Shown piece after piece: positions 9,755 to 24,070 of a DNA stretch of 64,000 nt. The stretch is from Octopus vulgaris. Lineage: Eukaryota. The translations under genes were made by a program, and so were the position numbers. Where the stretch lies: the NCBI GenBank assembly GCA_951406725.2, contig OX597818.1:94984001-95048000 (forward strand). Direction: 5' to 3'. The notes under the pieces were generated by a model. It saw only the letters and a list, made by a program, of their open reading frames with translations. It searched no databases and was not told the DNA's origin. How positions within the stretch are numbered: position 1 is the first letter of the stretch; each line of letters starts with the position of its first letter.

Positions 9755-10625
9755 GTATATATATATATGTATGTATATATATATGTGTGTGTGTGTATCT
9801 GTGTTTGTACCCCACCAATGCAGCCCAAAACTAAAGAGAGTTAAATAGCATGACTACAATATGTCCTTAATGACTATATATGACTATATGCCCCAGTGGT
9901 GTTTGGTCAGAGGTTAAGGACAGATGAGAATTAATTCTGTAATTAATCATTTTTTTGTTCCAGTCCCATTTTGAGTTCCAACTGTTGGCCAGTTTGTCCC
10001 AAAGTTCTTATCTCAATGTAAAATTAACAAAGCAGATGTCATTTATCTCCCTCTTGATCTTGGACATCATCGATAAACACCAAACAAGATTGCATGAATC
10101 AGTCAAACTTTACCTGCTAGAAAGAGCAACCCAAATGCTTTTAAATCAGATCCTAATGCTGGATGTTCAGAAATCAGTTGAAGGGCAGAGTTTTAATCCC
10201 AGGATAATCCTGATTCCAAAAAGTATAATATATCAATGTAGAGCAAGTGTATACTGAGATACAGGAGTCCCAGACAGTCAGAATTTTGCTTTTATTATTA
10301 TATATACATATGAGGTATGCCTATATACATATATGTCTATATATATATATGAGTTAACTCCAGACAATGTAACCTGGAAAAAAAACCCAATTTTTTATAA
10401 TTTATTAACATATCTATTTTTAATAAATGACTTGTACATTTTTCACATGTATCTTATTTGTTTTTTTCCACTTCACTACTGGTTTTTAGGTGCTTTTTAA
10501 ATTATCTTTTTGAATATGTTTGCTGAAACATAAAGCCAGTCTATTTTTTCTTTTAGTCTCTTACAAAAAAAACAACAAAATCAAAATAGACAATTCAAAA
10601 TAATGTTTGTTGAGTATGCCTGCAC

Positions 10626-10659
<34 letters not shown>

Positions 10660-11832
10660 GTATATATATAAAATAGACATTAATTACAGGACACCACCAA
10701 TGGGCAAAAAACACATAAACATACAAGAGACAAGTACACAATATAATACCAAAAAATATACAATAAGAACAGGACATCAACAATGAGCAAAAAACATAAC
10801 ACATAACGAGAGACAAGTATGGGACAAAATAGTCTAACTCCTTGTCAGTTGTTAACTATTTATTACTCCTTGTTTCGAGCTTTCAGTTGGAGGTTAAAAT
10901 AGCCTCATTAAGGGATAGTAATATCCAATGAATTACTGGTTCATTGCCTAGTATTTTTTGTGAATAATAATATTCATAAAATAATAGGTCTAAATATAAA
11001 TCTTGGTTTATAAGTATTCAATAGGAAATTTAGAAAATGGAGCATTAATATGATTTATTATCTTCAAAAATACAACATACTTTCTTATGAATATATATCT
11101 ATTATGTAAAATCCGTTCTGTCTGCCTAGGATCTCGGGCATCCTCCATCCGATTGTGCTCAAATTTGATATGTAGATACCAACAGTATCAGGGCATGTAT
11201 AAGTCTTGAAAAAATTACAAAAATCGATTCCAGGTGAGAATGCGATTGATAAAGCCGTGGGAACGTGCAAGTAAATCAGCTGTTGTGATCAATACTACAC
11301 GTATGCGAGAAAAATGCACGTGCAGTTTGTGCAAAAAAAGCCAGCTGGCTTGAAATAATGCCACAAAATGCAGTATATTTAAGAGACCAAAAAAGTAAGA
11401 TATATATATATTTTTTTTATCTTTTACTTGTTTTAGTCATTAGACTGTGGCCATGCTGGAGCATTTCCTTCAAGAATTTTTTGTCAAATGTATCAACCCC
11501 AGTACTTATGTTTTTTTTTCAAAGCCTGGTACTTATTATATTGGACTCTTGTGCTGAACTGCTAAGTTATGGGGATGTAAACACACCAACATCAGTTGTC
11601 AAATGGTGTCAGAGGACAAACAAACACACACACACATATTTTCTGGGTTTTCACATTAATGTCTCAGATCTCATCAAGCATCTAGTCAAGAAGCCCAAAT
11701 GTTGGTATGAGCACTGGCACTGCTAACACATTGTGGGTCACTCTTTTATTGAATGCAGAGAGCTCTGGGTCCAAATTTTCTTTATTCAGCTGCTATACTC
11801 TTTAAAGACATGTGTTTTGTTACAGGTGCCAT

Positions 11833-11888
11833 TGTATGTGTGTGTGTGCATGTATGTATGTATGTATGTATGTATGTATGTATGTATG

Positions 11889-11919
<31 letters not shown>

Positions 11920-13110
11920 GTAAGTAAGTGAGTAAGTAAGTAAGTAAGTAAGTAAGTAAGCAAGCAAGAAAGAGAGCAAGCGAGCAAGCAAGCAAGCACT
12001 TACTTGCTTGCTTTCTTTCTTGCTTTCTTGCTTGCTTGCTTGCTTGCTTGATTTTTTGCTTGCTTGCTTGCTTACTTCCTTACTTACTTACTTACTTGCT
12101 TGCTTGCTTACTTACTTTCTTACTTGCTTGCTTGCTACATTGCTTGCTTAATTGTGTACTTACTTACTTGCTTGCTTACTTGCTTGCTTGCTTACTTACT
12201 TACATACTTGCTTGGTTGCGTGCTTGCTTGCTTGCTTGCTTACTTACTTACTTTCTTGCTTGCTTACTTGCTTGCTTACTTACTTACTTACATACTTACT
12301 TACGTGCTTACTTACTTACTTACATGCTTGGTTGGTTGGTTGCTTGCTTGCTTAATTACTTGCTTGTTTGCTTACATATTTACTTGCTCGTTTGCTTGCT
12401 TGCTTGTTTGCTTGATTGCTTACTTACGTGCTTGCTTGCTTGCTTACTTACTTACTTACTTAAATACTTACTTACTTGCTTACTTATTGACTTACTTGCT
12501 TGTTTGGTTGGTTGCTTGCTTGCTTGCTTACTTACTTACTTGCTTGATTGCTTGCTTACTTACTTGCTTGCTTGCTTGGTTACTTACTTAATTACTTGCT
12601 TGCTTACGTGCTTGCTTGCTTACTTGCTTGCATACTTGATTGCTTGCTTGCTTGCTTACTTACTTCTTTAAATACTTGCTTACTTAATAACTTACTTGCT
12701 TGCTTGCTTGCTTGCTTATATATTTACTTGCTTACTTACTTGCTTGCTTACTTGATTGCTTGCTTACTTACTTACTTACTTACTTGCATACTTACTTACT
12801 TACTTACTTATTTACCTACTTGCTTACATACTTAGTTACTTGCTTGGTTGCTTGCTTGTGTATTTACTTACTTAATTAATTGCTTGCTTGCTTGCTTAAT
12901 TACTTACTTGCTTGCTTGCTTGCTTACTTACTTACTTAATTACTTGCTTGCTTACTTATATCCTTGCTTGATTGCTTGCTTGCTTACTTACTTATTTATT
13001 TACTTACTTGCATGCTTGCTTGCTTGCTTGCTTACTTACTTACTTGCATGCTTGCTTGCTTGCTTGCGTGCCTGCTAACTACCTTACTTACTTACTTACA
13101 TACTTACTTA
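11833..13110. repeat. Compound tetranucleotide array (TATG)n-(TAAG/CAAG)n-(CTTG/CTTA)n
   Basis: Direct inspection; the motif switches strand near 11998. Confidence 0.95.
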
Positions 13111-13444
13111 TTTTTGTACAAGTTTTTACCAAATATTGTTCTTTTCCATACTGAAAATTTATTAATCATATATATGTATATTATATATGTATATATATAT
13201 GTCAGTTGGATGGATGGATGGAAGAATGGATGGATGGATGGATGGATGGATGGACGGTCGGACGGACGGACAAAATGCCTGTTAGAAATTATTTGTGTTT
13301 AAATTTGGATGGATGGATGGATGGATAGGTGGATGGATGGGTGGATGGATGGGTGGATGGATGGATGGATGGATGGATGGATGGAGGGATGGGTGGATGG
13401 GTGAATTTGTTGAGTTTATAGGGTGGATGGGTGAATTTGTACAG

Positions 13445-14206
13445 TTTATAGGGTGCTAAACATTTTTGGTATGCAAATTAGGGACTCCTTCATAGAATAA
13501 CTGCTGTATGTGTTGAGAATATATAGAGTTTATAGAGCGGTTAAACATTTTCGGTATGCAAATTAGGGATTACTTCATAGAATAACTGCTGCGTTTGTTG
13601 AGTATTTAAACAGTTTTTAAAGTGTTAAACATTTAAAGTATGCAAGGTCGGGACTTCTACATAGAATAACTGCTGTATTTGTTGAGTATATATAGAGTTT
13701 ATAGAGCGGGTAACATATTCAGTATGCAAATTAGGGACTCCTGCATAGAATAACTGCTGTATTTGTTGAGTATATATAGAGTTTATAGAGTGCTTAAACA
13801 TATTCAGCATGCAAATTAGGGATTACTTCATAGAATAACTGCTGCATTTGTTGAGTATTTAAACAATTTATAAAGTGTTAAACATTTACGGTATGCAGAT
13901 CCGGGACTCCTGTAAAGAATAACTGCTGTATTTGTTGAGTATATATAGAGTTTAAAGAGCAGTTGAAAATTTTCAGTATGCAAATTAGGGACTCCAGCAT
14001 AGAATTAACGGCTGTATGTGTTGAGTATATATAGAGTTTATAGAGCAGTTGAAAATTTTCGGAATGAAAATTAGGGACTCCGGCATAGAATAAATTCTGT
14101 ATTTGTTGAGTATATATAGAGTTTATAGAACGGTTTAGATTTTCGGTATGCAAATTAGAGACTCCGGCATGGAATAAATTCTGTATTTGTTGAGTGAGTA
14201 TGTATG

Positions 14207-14240
<34 letters not shown>

Positions 14241-14580
14241 TGTATGTATGTATGTATATATGTATGTACGGATGTATGGATGGATGGATGGACGGATGAA
14301 CGGACAGACGGACGGACGGACTGATGGATGGATGGATTTTATAGAACAATTTTAATTTTCGGTATGCAAATTAGGGACTCCGGCATAGAATAAATTCTGT
14401 ATTTGTGGAGTATATATAGGGTTTATACAACGGTTTCATTTTTCGGTATGCAAATTAGGGACTCCGGCATAGAATAAATTCTGTATATGTTGAGTATATA
14501 TCGAGATTATAGAACAGTTTTAATTTTCGGTATGCAAATTAGGCACTCCGGCATAGAATAAATTCTGTATTTGTTGAGTA
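13445..14580. repeat. Minisatellite, 84-86-bp period, about 12 diverged units, interrupted by a TATG/GGAT microsatellite at ~14195-14340
   Basis: atgcaaatt anchors at 13471, 13556, 13640, 13724, 13809, 13893, 13978, 14064, 14148, then 14364, 14448 and 14532. Confidence 0.9.
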
Positions 14581-14589
14581 TATATATAG

Positions 14590-16601
14590 ATGGATGGATG
14601 GATGGATGGACGGACGGACGGATGGACGGATGGATGTTTAGATGGATGGATAGGTGGATGGAATAGGTGGATGGATGGATGACTAGATGGATGTGTGGAT
14701 TGATGGATGGACGGATGGATCGATGGATGGAGGGATGGACGGACAGACAGATGGACGGGCGGAAGGCAGGATGGGCAGACGGATGAATGGATAGATGGTT
14801 GGATGAATGAATGTGTGGGTGGTTGGGTGGGTGGATGGATGGGCAGACGGATGAATGGATAGATGGAGTGGATGTGTGGATGGATAGATGGACGGATGGA
14901 TGGTTGGATGGGTGGACCGATGGATGGATGGATGGATGGTTGGATGGGTGGGTGGGAGCATGGATGGAAGGATGATGGATGAGTGGGTTGATGGATGGAT
15001 AAAGGAATGAAGGGATGGATGGATGGATGGGTTGGTTGGTGTATATTTGGATGGCTGGCTGACTGGCTGGCTGGATGGATGAATGGTTGGATAGACGGAT
15101 GAATGGATGGACGGACGGATGGACGGATGAACGGATGGACGGACAGACGGATGGACGGGCGGACGAATGGACAGATAGATGGATGAATGGGTGGAAGGAT
15201 GGATGGATTGTCGGATAGACGGATGGACAGTTGGATGGATGGATGGATGGATGGACGGATTGACGGATGGATGGATGGATGGACTGTCGGTCAAATGGAC
15301 GGATGGATGGATAGACTGTCGGTCAAATGGACGGATGGATGGACAGATGGACGGACGGATGGATGGATGAGTTGGTACTTGCTTGCTTGCTTAGTTACTT
15401 ACTTGCATGCTTGCTTTCTTACTTACTTACTTACTTACTTGCTTGCTTACTTTCTTGCTTGCTTTCTTACTTACTTACTTGCTTATTGCTTACTTGATTG
15501 CTTGCTTGCCTACTTACTTACTTGCTTTCTTGCTTCCTTGCTTGATTGCTTACTTACTGACTTACTTACTTGTTGCTTACTTACTTACTTCCTTGTTTGA
15601 TTGATTGCTTGCTTACTTGCTTGCTTGCTTTCTTGCTTGCTTGCTTTCTTGCATGCTCGCTTACTTACGTAGTTACTTACTTATTTGCTTACTTGCTTAC
15701 TTACTTAATTACTTACTTGCTTGCTTTCTTGCTTGCTTACTTGCTTGCTTGCTTGCTTGCTTACTTGCTTGCTTGCTTGCTTGCTTACTTACTTGCTTGC
15801 TTGCTAACTTGCTTGCTTACTTACTTACTTGCTTACTTACTTGCTTGTTTGCTTGCTTGCTTGCTTCCTTGCTTGCTTGCTTCCTTGCTTGCTTACTGAC
15901 TTACTTACTTGTTTGCTTGCTTGCTTGCTCGCTTACTTACTGACTTACTTACTTACTTGTTGCTTACTTACTTACTTCCTTGTTTGATTGCTTGCTTGCT
16001 TACTTGCTTGCTTGCTTTCTTGCTTGCTTGCTTTCTTGCATGCTTGCTTGCATGCTCGCTTACTTACGTAGTTACTTACTTATTTGCTTACTTGCTTGCT
16101 TGCTTTCTTGAATGCTTGCTTGCATGCTCGCTTACTTACGTAGTTACTTACTTATTTGCTTACTTGCTTGCTTGCTTACTTACTTAATTACTTACTTGCT
16201 TGCTTGCTTGCTTTCTTGCTTGCTTTCTTGCTTGCTTACTTGTTTGCTTGTTTACTTGCTTGTTTGCTTACTTTCTTACTTACTTGCTTACTTGCTTGCT
16301 TGCTTGCTTACTTACTTACTTGCTTGCTCGCTAACTTGCTTGCTTACTTACTTACTTGCTTGCTTACTTACTTGCTTGTTTGCTTGCTTGCTTGCTTCCT
16401 TGCATGCTTACTGACTTACTTACTTGTTTGCTTGCTTGCTTGCTCGCTTACTTACTTACTTACTTACTTACTTGCTTGCTTGCTTGCTTGATTGCTTGCT
16501 TGCTTACTTACTTTTTGTACAAATTTTTACCAAATATTTTTATTTTCCATCCCGAATATTTATTAATTATATATATGTATACTATATATGGATATATATT
16601 A

Positions 16602-16655
<54 letters not shown>

Positions 16656-17250
16656 AGTAGGATGGATGGATGGATTGATGGATGGATGGATGGATGGATG
16701 GATGGATGGACAGACGGACGGATGGACGAATGGACGGATGGACGGATAGATGGACAGACGGACGGATGGATGGATGGATGAATGGATGGATGGATTGATG
16801 GATGGATGGGCGGATGGATGTGTGGATGGATGGATGGATGGATGGGTGGGCTGGTGGATGGATGGATGGATGGATGGGTGGATGGATGTGTAGATGGATG
16901 GACAGATGGACGGACGGACGGATGGCTGGATGGATGGATGGACAGGTGGATGGAGGGGTGGATGGATGGGTGGATGAATGGATGGATGGGTGGGTGGATG
17001 GATGGATGGATTGGTTGTTGGATGGATAGATGGATGGATGGGTGGGTGGTTGGATGGATGTAAGTAAGGATGTAAGTGAGTGTGTGAGTGATTGAGTGAA
17101 TGAGTGAGTGATTGAGAGTGAGTGAGTGAGTGAATGAGTGATTGAGTGAGTGAGTGAGTGAGTGAGTGAGTGAGTGAGTGAATGAGTGATTGTGTGAGTG
17201 AGTGAGTGAGTGAGTGAGTGAGTGAGTGTGTGTATGTGCGTGTGTGTGTA
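14590..17250. repeat. Compound microsatellite block (GGAT)n-(CTTG/CTTA)n-spacer-(GGAT)n-(GAGT)n
   Basis: Direct inspection; spacer 16512-16660 is a diverged copy of 13111-13208. Confidence 0.9.
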
Positions 17251-17675
17251 TGTGTGTGTGTATCAGCAGGCTGTAGAAGCATTGCTGAATACATATTTCT
17301 GCTTCTTTGAGCTTCATCGGTAGCAAATATCTATTGGCCTTGCATGCTTCATGAAAATCAGTCACTAAATTATATAGTTAAATAGTGACTGAAAAGTTAT
17401 TGATACACATCTAGCTGATAGATTGAATAAAAATTTGATATCTGTAACTTTTCAATTACTATCTGTATCAGTTAGTGGCCAATTTTCATATGGTGACAAT
17501 GGATATTTATTGGAAGTGGTGATAGTGTAAGTAGTAATGATGCAAGTGACAATGTTGGTAATAGTGGTGGTGGAGGTGATTTGAGGTGGGGAGGATTTGT
17601 GATGTTAGGAATGTAGCTATGTTTGTTTAATCCTATTGTGGGCACATTTGTCTTGAAATATGCTACCCTTGTTTT

Positions 17676-17918
17676 ATTCTTCTTATTCTTTTACTTGTTT
17701 CAGTCATTTGACTGTGGCCATGCTGGAGTACCATCTTAAAGGGTTTTATAGTTGAAGAGATCAACCCTGGGATTTATTCTTTGAAAACCTAGTACTTATT
17801 CTATCGGTCTTTTTTGCCAAACCATTAAGTTATGGGGGATGTAAATACACCAACATCAGTTGTCAAGCGATGGTGGGGAAACAAACACAGACACAAGGAC
17901 AGACTCACATAAATATAT

Positions 17919-17973
<55 letters not shown>

Positions 17974-18145
17974 CATACATATTCGATGGGCTTCTTTCAG
18001 CCTCTGTCTACCAAATCTACTCACAAGGCTTTGGTCAGCCCAAGGTTATAGTAAAATACACTTGCCCAAGGTGCCACGCAGTAGGACTGAACCTGGAACC
18101 ATGTGGTTAGGAAGCAATCTTCTTACCACACAGCCACGCCTATGC
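17676..18145 (-). mobile_element. tRNA-derived SINE (OR2/OK-type) with internal microsatellite
   Basis: Reverse complement of the full copy at 21476-21888. Confidence 0.8.
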
Positions 18146-19649
18146 TGAAAATAAAGAAGAATTTTGTAAAATTATGAAGCTGATGTTTAGAACATAAATT
18201 AATGAGGAATTTTGGTGGAAGGTTTTTATTTAGATTACTTTAAAAGTAGAAGGATTCTGGAACCAGGAAAGGCCTCAGGTGGGTTAGTATGAAAATAGTT
18301 AATCCTAAGTTATTACTGATTGAATATCTAGTTTTAATCTTGTTAGCATAGTGTATCCTGAAGTATGTTAACCAATGTGTCCTTTTTACATATAAGATGA
18401 TAGGTTGTAATTTGAGGGAGATTTGGTTACTATATCTAGCACCTCAAATGACCATTTGGATGCTTTTTTACTGATGCAACTGATGGTAATGATAGTGGTG
18501 GTAGTTGGTATAATGATAGTGGGTATAGCAGTAATGGGTATTGTAGTAGTGGTAGTGGTGATGATGATGGTGGTGGTACGAGTATGCAACAGAATTGCAA
18601 ACTAAAATCTAGGTTGCAGTCCTAAATTGATGACTGTCTGACATTCCTTACCCAGACCTAACCATCAAACCACTACCACCCATTTCTCTACATTTTTTTT
18701 TACTTATTCTTGTAGGCATGCATGTATGTATATATGCATATATGGATGTATAAATATATATAAGCATTAATGTAGGCATGCATATACGTATGCATGTATA
18801 CATGCATGTGTTAATGTATGTATTTATGTATGATGCATGTATTAATGTATATATGAATTAACGTATGCATCTATGTGTGTGCGTGTGTGTATATACATAT
18901 ATATATATATATATATATGTATTCTTTCAGTTTTTTTCCTGTTTCTTATACTGCTATGAGTTTGAGGAATATTTATTACTGAAGCATAAATTTACTGCTG
19001 AATACCCTACCTGTCACTAACTCTTATCTATTTTTCAAGTTAGGAATCTTTTATTCCTTGTGTCTTCAAATGTTCAAATATAAAGATGCAAAACATAAGC
19101 ATTCACACAGACAGAAGCACCTGTTCACACATGTATAGAGATATACATGTACACAGACACATACACACACATATAAAGGCTGCTGATTATTTCTGTCTTA
19201 GATCTTGATTGCTTCAGTCATATATCTGTATATTCTGGCTAAATCAAGTTGGGAAGAAGGGGAGTGAAAAAGGCAAAAGGCTGGAGATGTGGAAACCATA
19301 TAAAGTGTTAGGACCAGAAGTGGTGCAGAATAGAGAGATAGCCATGAATGAAGTGTGTAGTTTGTATGTGTGTCATTCCCAAGAGCAAAGAGGGGACTCG
19401 ACATATCTTCTAAACAAAATTACATTCATGAGCAGTGGCCTGGTAACAAAATGTGCTTTGGGCATGCAAACACAGCTCTGAAATTTTTTACAAAGATGAT
19501 TTTTTCAATCTTAATATCAAAACAAACATAGGCATAATAATAATGATAATAATTATTATTATTGTTATCATAATTGTACATCATTCAAATCAGATAAATC
19601 TAATAATGGAAAAGCAATCTTTTAAATCAATCCAAAAATTGTTCTCTGC

Positions 19650-19960
19650 ACTTTTGTTTTCACAATGAAGTTTTCCAGAAGGATGTTCAAAGCATTTTCA
19701 TTACACAAGTTTTTATTTACATGCATTATGGAACAATATGTCAGATGGTGTTGCATCATTGTCCTGCAGAACCAGGTCTTCAAATGGCAAAGTGCACTGA
19801 ATGTTCTCTTACTTGATGCAACAGACACAGGTTAAAGACAGAGTCAGTTGTATTAGCATCAACACTTGTAGCATGCTAGAATAAGTAATAGCATCAGAAA
19901 ATTGCCATTTTTCTGCAGTGTCATGCAATGATCTGCACAAAGTTTCCTCTTCTGCCCACA
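19650..19960 (-). pseudogene. hAT transposase C-terminal dimerisation-domain remnant
   Basis: Translation VSVASSKRTFSALCHLKTWFCRTMMQHHLTYCSIMHVNK resembles P(V)TVASSERSFS.L..LKTW.RSTM.Q.RL...IMHV. Confidence 0.7.
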
Positions 19961-20799
19961 GGCCAGCAAGGAGTTTCATTTGAGGGTATTCGATCTATTG
20001 CTCAAAAACGAAATACTGACTACTTTTTTGTATCTATTAATAGTTATCTTTCAAATAACAGCTCTTAAACCAAATGTTAAGTTTGGCAAAGCAAACATAA
20101 GCAAAAATGACTACTGGAAACAGCTATAAGCCAAATTTGCTTCAATAAAGGAAAAATACCTTGTCTTATATTTGAAGATATATATAATGTGTGTGTATAC
20201 ACATGCAAACACACACACACACACATACACACACATATGTGTATGTGGTCAGTGGTACCCATAGCAGATCCCTAAGAAATACTTGCTGGAAACTGCCATC
20301 TAGTACAACATTAGACATCCTTAACACCCATACTAACACGTGTGTGTACATACATCCATGCAGGCATGCATGCATGCAGGCATGCATGCATGCAAGCATG
20401 TATGTATGTATGTATGTATGTATGTATGTATGTATGTATGTATGTATGTATGTATGTATGTATGTATGTATGTATGTATGCATGCATGCATGCATTCTTT
20501 TAATTTTGTTGTTGACACTGCTTCTGTTCAATAATATATCTCTGGGGAATTCCCTTCAGAATTTCATGACCAGCTTCATGAGTAAACTTTTAGCTGTTTT
20601 TGTTTATTTTTGTTCTTATTTAATTAAATTCAGCTAACTTTTACCGATCAATTTTTAAACAGTATTTTCTAAACCTGAGGAAAGTAAGTTGATGGGGTGC
20701 AAATTATGATTTTGCACCCATCAAAATGTTAGAGGATGCAAGTACATAACCAAAATTTTTGCCTTTTGAGTTCAAAAAAGCATGTGAGATTTTTAAAAT

Positions 20800-21050
20800 G
20801 ATAACTGATCTTCTTCCCCACCAAATAGCTCGCATCTCCTATTGCTGTTGACATACAACCTAGATCTTTCTAGTAATCTTTAATTAATGTTATATGACAT
20901 TGTATTCTCTTTTAAAAATTATGTAAAACTAGCCAAAGTCATGACATTATGCTTTCCTGATTCCTAAAAGAGGATCTGTGGTTATTCAGTCTAATCTTCA
21001 AAGAATCCTGTTTTACCCCAATATAGTTCTGCATGCACATCATCTCACTG
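20800..21050 (-). pseudogene. Penelope-like GIY-YIG endonuclease remnant
   Basis: Translation CMQNYIGVKQDSLKIRLNNHRSSFRNQE, then LLERSRLYVNSNRRCELFGGEE (YIG..R..H..SF and RC.LC..E motifs). Confidence 0.7.
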
Positions 21051-21475
21051 ACAGTGGTTGGCACATGAGGAAGGTGTTTGCAATACCAAGAGAAGATGCA
21101 TGTGTGTGTGTGTGTACATGCATGCATGCATGTATGTATGTATGTATGTATGTTTTATTCTGCCAAATCCACTCAAAAATTTTTGATTGTGCCAAGGCTA
21201 CAGTAGACACATACCCTAGTGTCAAACAATAGGACTGAACTCAAAACCACATGGTTAAGAACACAACTTCTTAGACATACAGCCATGCCAGAGTCTTCTA
21301 TACATACGTGTGTGTGTGTGTGTGTGTGTGTAATATTTATATATAATATATTTATATGTTTTGAGTGTGTGTATATAGTTAGATAGATTGATAGATTGAC
21401 TCACATATGAATGTATACACATGTGCAAACATACACATACATACATAGAAATTTTCAGTTGTTCTTACACATACA

Positions 21476-21888
21476 GGCGCAGGAGTGGCTGTGTGGTAAG
21501 TAGCTTGCTTTCCAACCACATGGTTCTGGGTTCAGTCCCAATGCGTGGCATCTTGGGCAAGTGTCTTCTGCTATAGCCTCAGGCCAACCAATGCCTTGTG
21601 AGTGGATTTGGTAGATGGAGACTGAAAGAAGCCTGTCGTATATATGTATATATAAATGTATGTGTGTGTATGTTTGTGCGTCTGTGTTTGTCCCCCCAGC
21701 ATTGCTTGACAACCGATGCTGGTGTGTTTACGTCCCCGTCACTTAGCGGTTCGGCAAAAGAGACCAATAGAATAAGTACTGGGCTTCCAAAGAATAAGTA
21801 CCGGGGTTGATTTGCTCGACTAAAGGCGATGCACCAGCATGGTCACAGTCAAATGACTGAAACAAGTAAAAGAGTAAAAGAGTAAAGA
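21476..21888 (+). mobile_element. tRNA-derived SINE (OR2/OK-type), full length
   Basis: Head ggcgcaggagtggctgtgtggtaag..ggttcagtcc (A/B boxes), internal microsatellite, tail gactgaaacaagtaaaagagtaaaagag. Other copies at 11400-11630, 31220-31684, 53480-53700 and 63270-63420. Confidence 0.85.
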
Positions 21889-22671
21889 GAGTACACACAC
21901 AGGGCAATGTCCCATATAAGTACCCTGCCTCACGCCTACAAAAACGCTGCATCACATATAAACACAAATTTAAAACAAAGATACATTTAGCTGTGGTTTC
22001 CTAGCAACAAACTATTCCTCAAAATACTCACTGGAATTAAAACATCTCTATTTTAGCGCAAACCAACTGCTTTATCTACTGGAGCTGTTTTAAGGACACA
22101 TTACTGCAGGTTTACAGATAAGCCAGGATTTCTCAAATCGTCAAAGATCTGATTAGTGAGAAGGCTATTTGAGTTTTTCTTATGCATGTGTGTGTGCGTG
22201 TATGTGTGTGTATGTATGTATGCATGCATGTACTAGTGTCTGTATTTGTGCCTGCACACACACAAGTACAGATATGTATGCATGTGAATGTATGTTGACA
22301 TATATGTATATATTGTATTGAGTCAAAATATTTTGCTATATTTTGGTAACCTATTTGCTTAATCCATCAAGTTACAACAAACGCAGCCTAACATTCAATA
22401 TAGGGGCCATTGTGTTCCACCACCTGAAACCACCTTTCTGCCATTTCTTTGATCCCATGCTGATACCATTTCTTGTCCTTCAAGGTGAAGGACTCCTTCA
22501 CTGATGCTTCCACTTCTCTTAGCTGATAAGTGTTGCAAGTGCAAGAAGTGAGTCATGTATTGAAACAAGTATAATCTCAGGGAGATATTTTTCCACAATC
22601 CTAATATGCATAAGAAGTAGCTAAGCAAGGGTCAGCTTCCAGAATCTGTCACCAAACATGGGGTGTTTCAG

Positions 22672-22960
22672 ACACAAAGTCATGCTTTGCATCTCATGGA
22701 ATTATGAGGGCATAATTCACTATAAGTTCATTCCAGACAGTCAAACCATTGATGCCAACTTGTTTTCTGAACAGTTAAAGTGGATATATGCCATTGTGTG
22801 ACAAAAATAGCTGGCAGTGGTTAATAGAAAGGGAGTTCTTGTGCAGCAAGATAATGCAAGACCTCATATAGCTCAAAATACTCAGAGTAAACTCCAGGAA
22901 TTTGAGGGAAACAAACTATGTTCCACCCAGCATATAGTCTGGACTTAACCCCTCAGATTA
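22672..22960 (+). pseudogene. Mariner transposase catalytic-domain fragment
   Basis: KVMLCISWNYEGIIHY..QQDNARPH..HPAYSLDLTPSDY motifs, with stops. Confidence 0.85.
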
Positions 22961-23019
22961 TTATATGTGTGTGTATGTGTATGTATGTATGTATGTATGT
23001 ATGTATGTATGTATGTATG

Positions 23020-23077
<58 letters not shown>

Positions 23078-23237
23078 TATATATTAACTTTTACAGGGAA
23101 AAGATTGACTGTGGCTTTGAAGTTTTGGCTTGCTTGCAACCTTTTCCTTGTAAAAGTTAAAAGATATGTACTGTAATAAAAATATTGATCTATCCTTGAA
23201 ATTAATGTTAAATTGTTTTTATATATAACTTCACTCA

Positions 23238-23268
<31 letters not shown>

Positions 23269-24035
23269 CAGACTGTCTAAACCATGTCATTATGGAAAAC
23301 AGCTGTTAAATGATGAAGATTGTGATGATGGTGTATCTATATATATGTGTGTGTGTGTGTTTGCTATCCTTCTTTATCTCTTTTCTTCCCTCCACTTTCT
23401 TTTTGAGTCCTACCTGACATCATTTTCCATTGCATTACATTTACATGTTTTGTTCTAATGTTGTCTTGGAGCTGTACGACTTTTATTTTGTTTGTATATT
23501 CATATTTGTACCCACTACTCGTGTCATGTTTGTTTTGTCACTGTCCACTCATTATTCTCAGCATCTTTTCACTGTTGACACCATCAAGATGACTAATGTT
23601 ACCATTAAGGGTGTGAAATTGTGATGATCTTTGGATGATAACTAATGAGGAAAGAGCTGTCCATGTGCGTAAAATTTCAATATGTTCCCTTGACATCTTT
23701 CTGTTCAATTTTTGAATAGTGTTATTATATATATAATAACATATATATGTGGCCCAGTGGTTAAGGCAACGGACTCACAGTTGTAGGTTCATGGTTTCGA
23801 TTCCCAGACTGGGTGTTGTGAGTGTTTATTGAACAAAAACACCTAAAGCTCCACGAGGCTCTGGCAGAGAGTGGTGGCAATCCCTACTGTACTCTTTCAC
23901 CACAACTTTCTCTAACTCTTTCTTCTGTTGGGCTGCTCGCTTAGCCAGCAGGGTGGCATCATCTGATAGCCTGGTCGGTCACGGTGATCACAGTGATATA
24001 TATATATATATATATATACATACATGTGTGTGTGA

Positions 24036-24070
<35 letters not shown>

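Noticed and set aside
9955-10257. 100-aa non-repetitive ORF with faint resemblance (FNPRIILIP) to a Helitron helicase segment
   Set aside because: TTG start, similarity too short to support, and no clear splice sites; needs a tBLASTn/HMM search.
10860-10920. Minus-strand hammerhead relic (uuaauga-ggcu..agcuc-gaaac), and a similar relic at 48345-48375
   Set aside because: Catalytic positions mutated (G5 or G12) and flanking stems do not pair; at most dead PLE remnants.
13445-14580. 84-bp period as a C2H2 zinc-finger array (28 aa; such arrays are expanded in octopus)
   Set aside because: No C-x2-C/H-x3-H or TGEKP linker in any frame, and the period varies 84-86 bp.
13445-14580. CRISPR-like repeat/spacer pattern (also considered for the 96-bp motif at 53.8-60.4 kb)
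   Set aside because: Eukaryotic context, no unique spacers of constant length, no cas genes.
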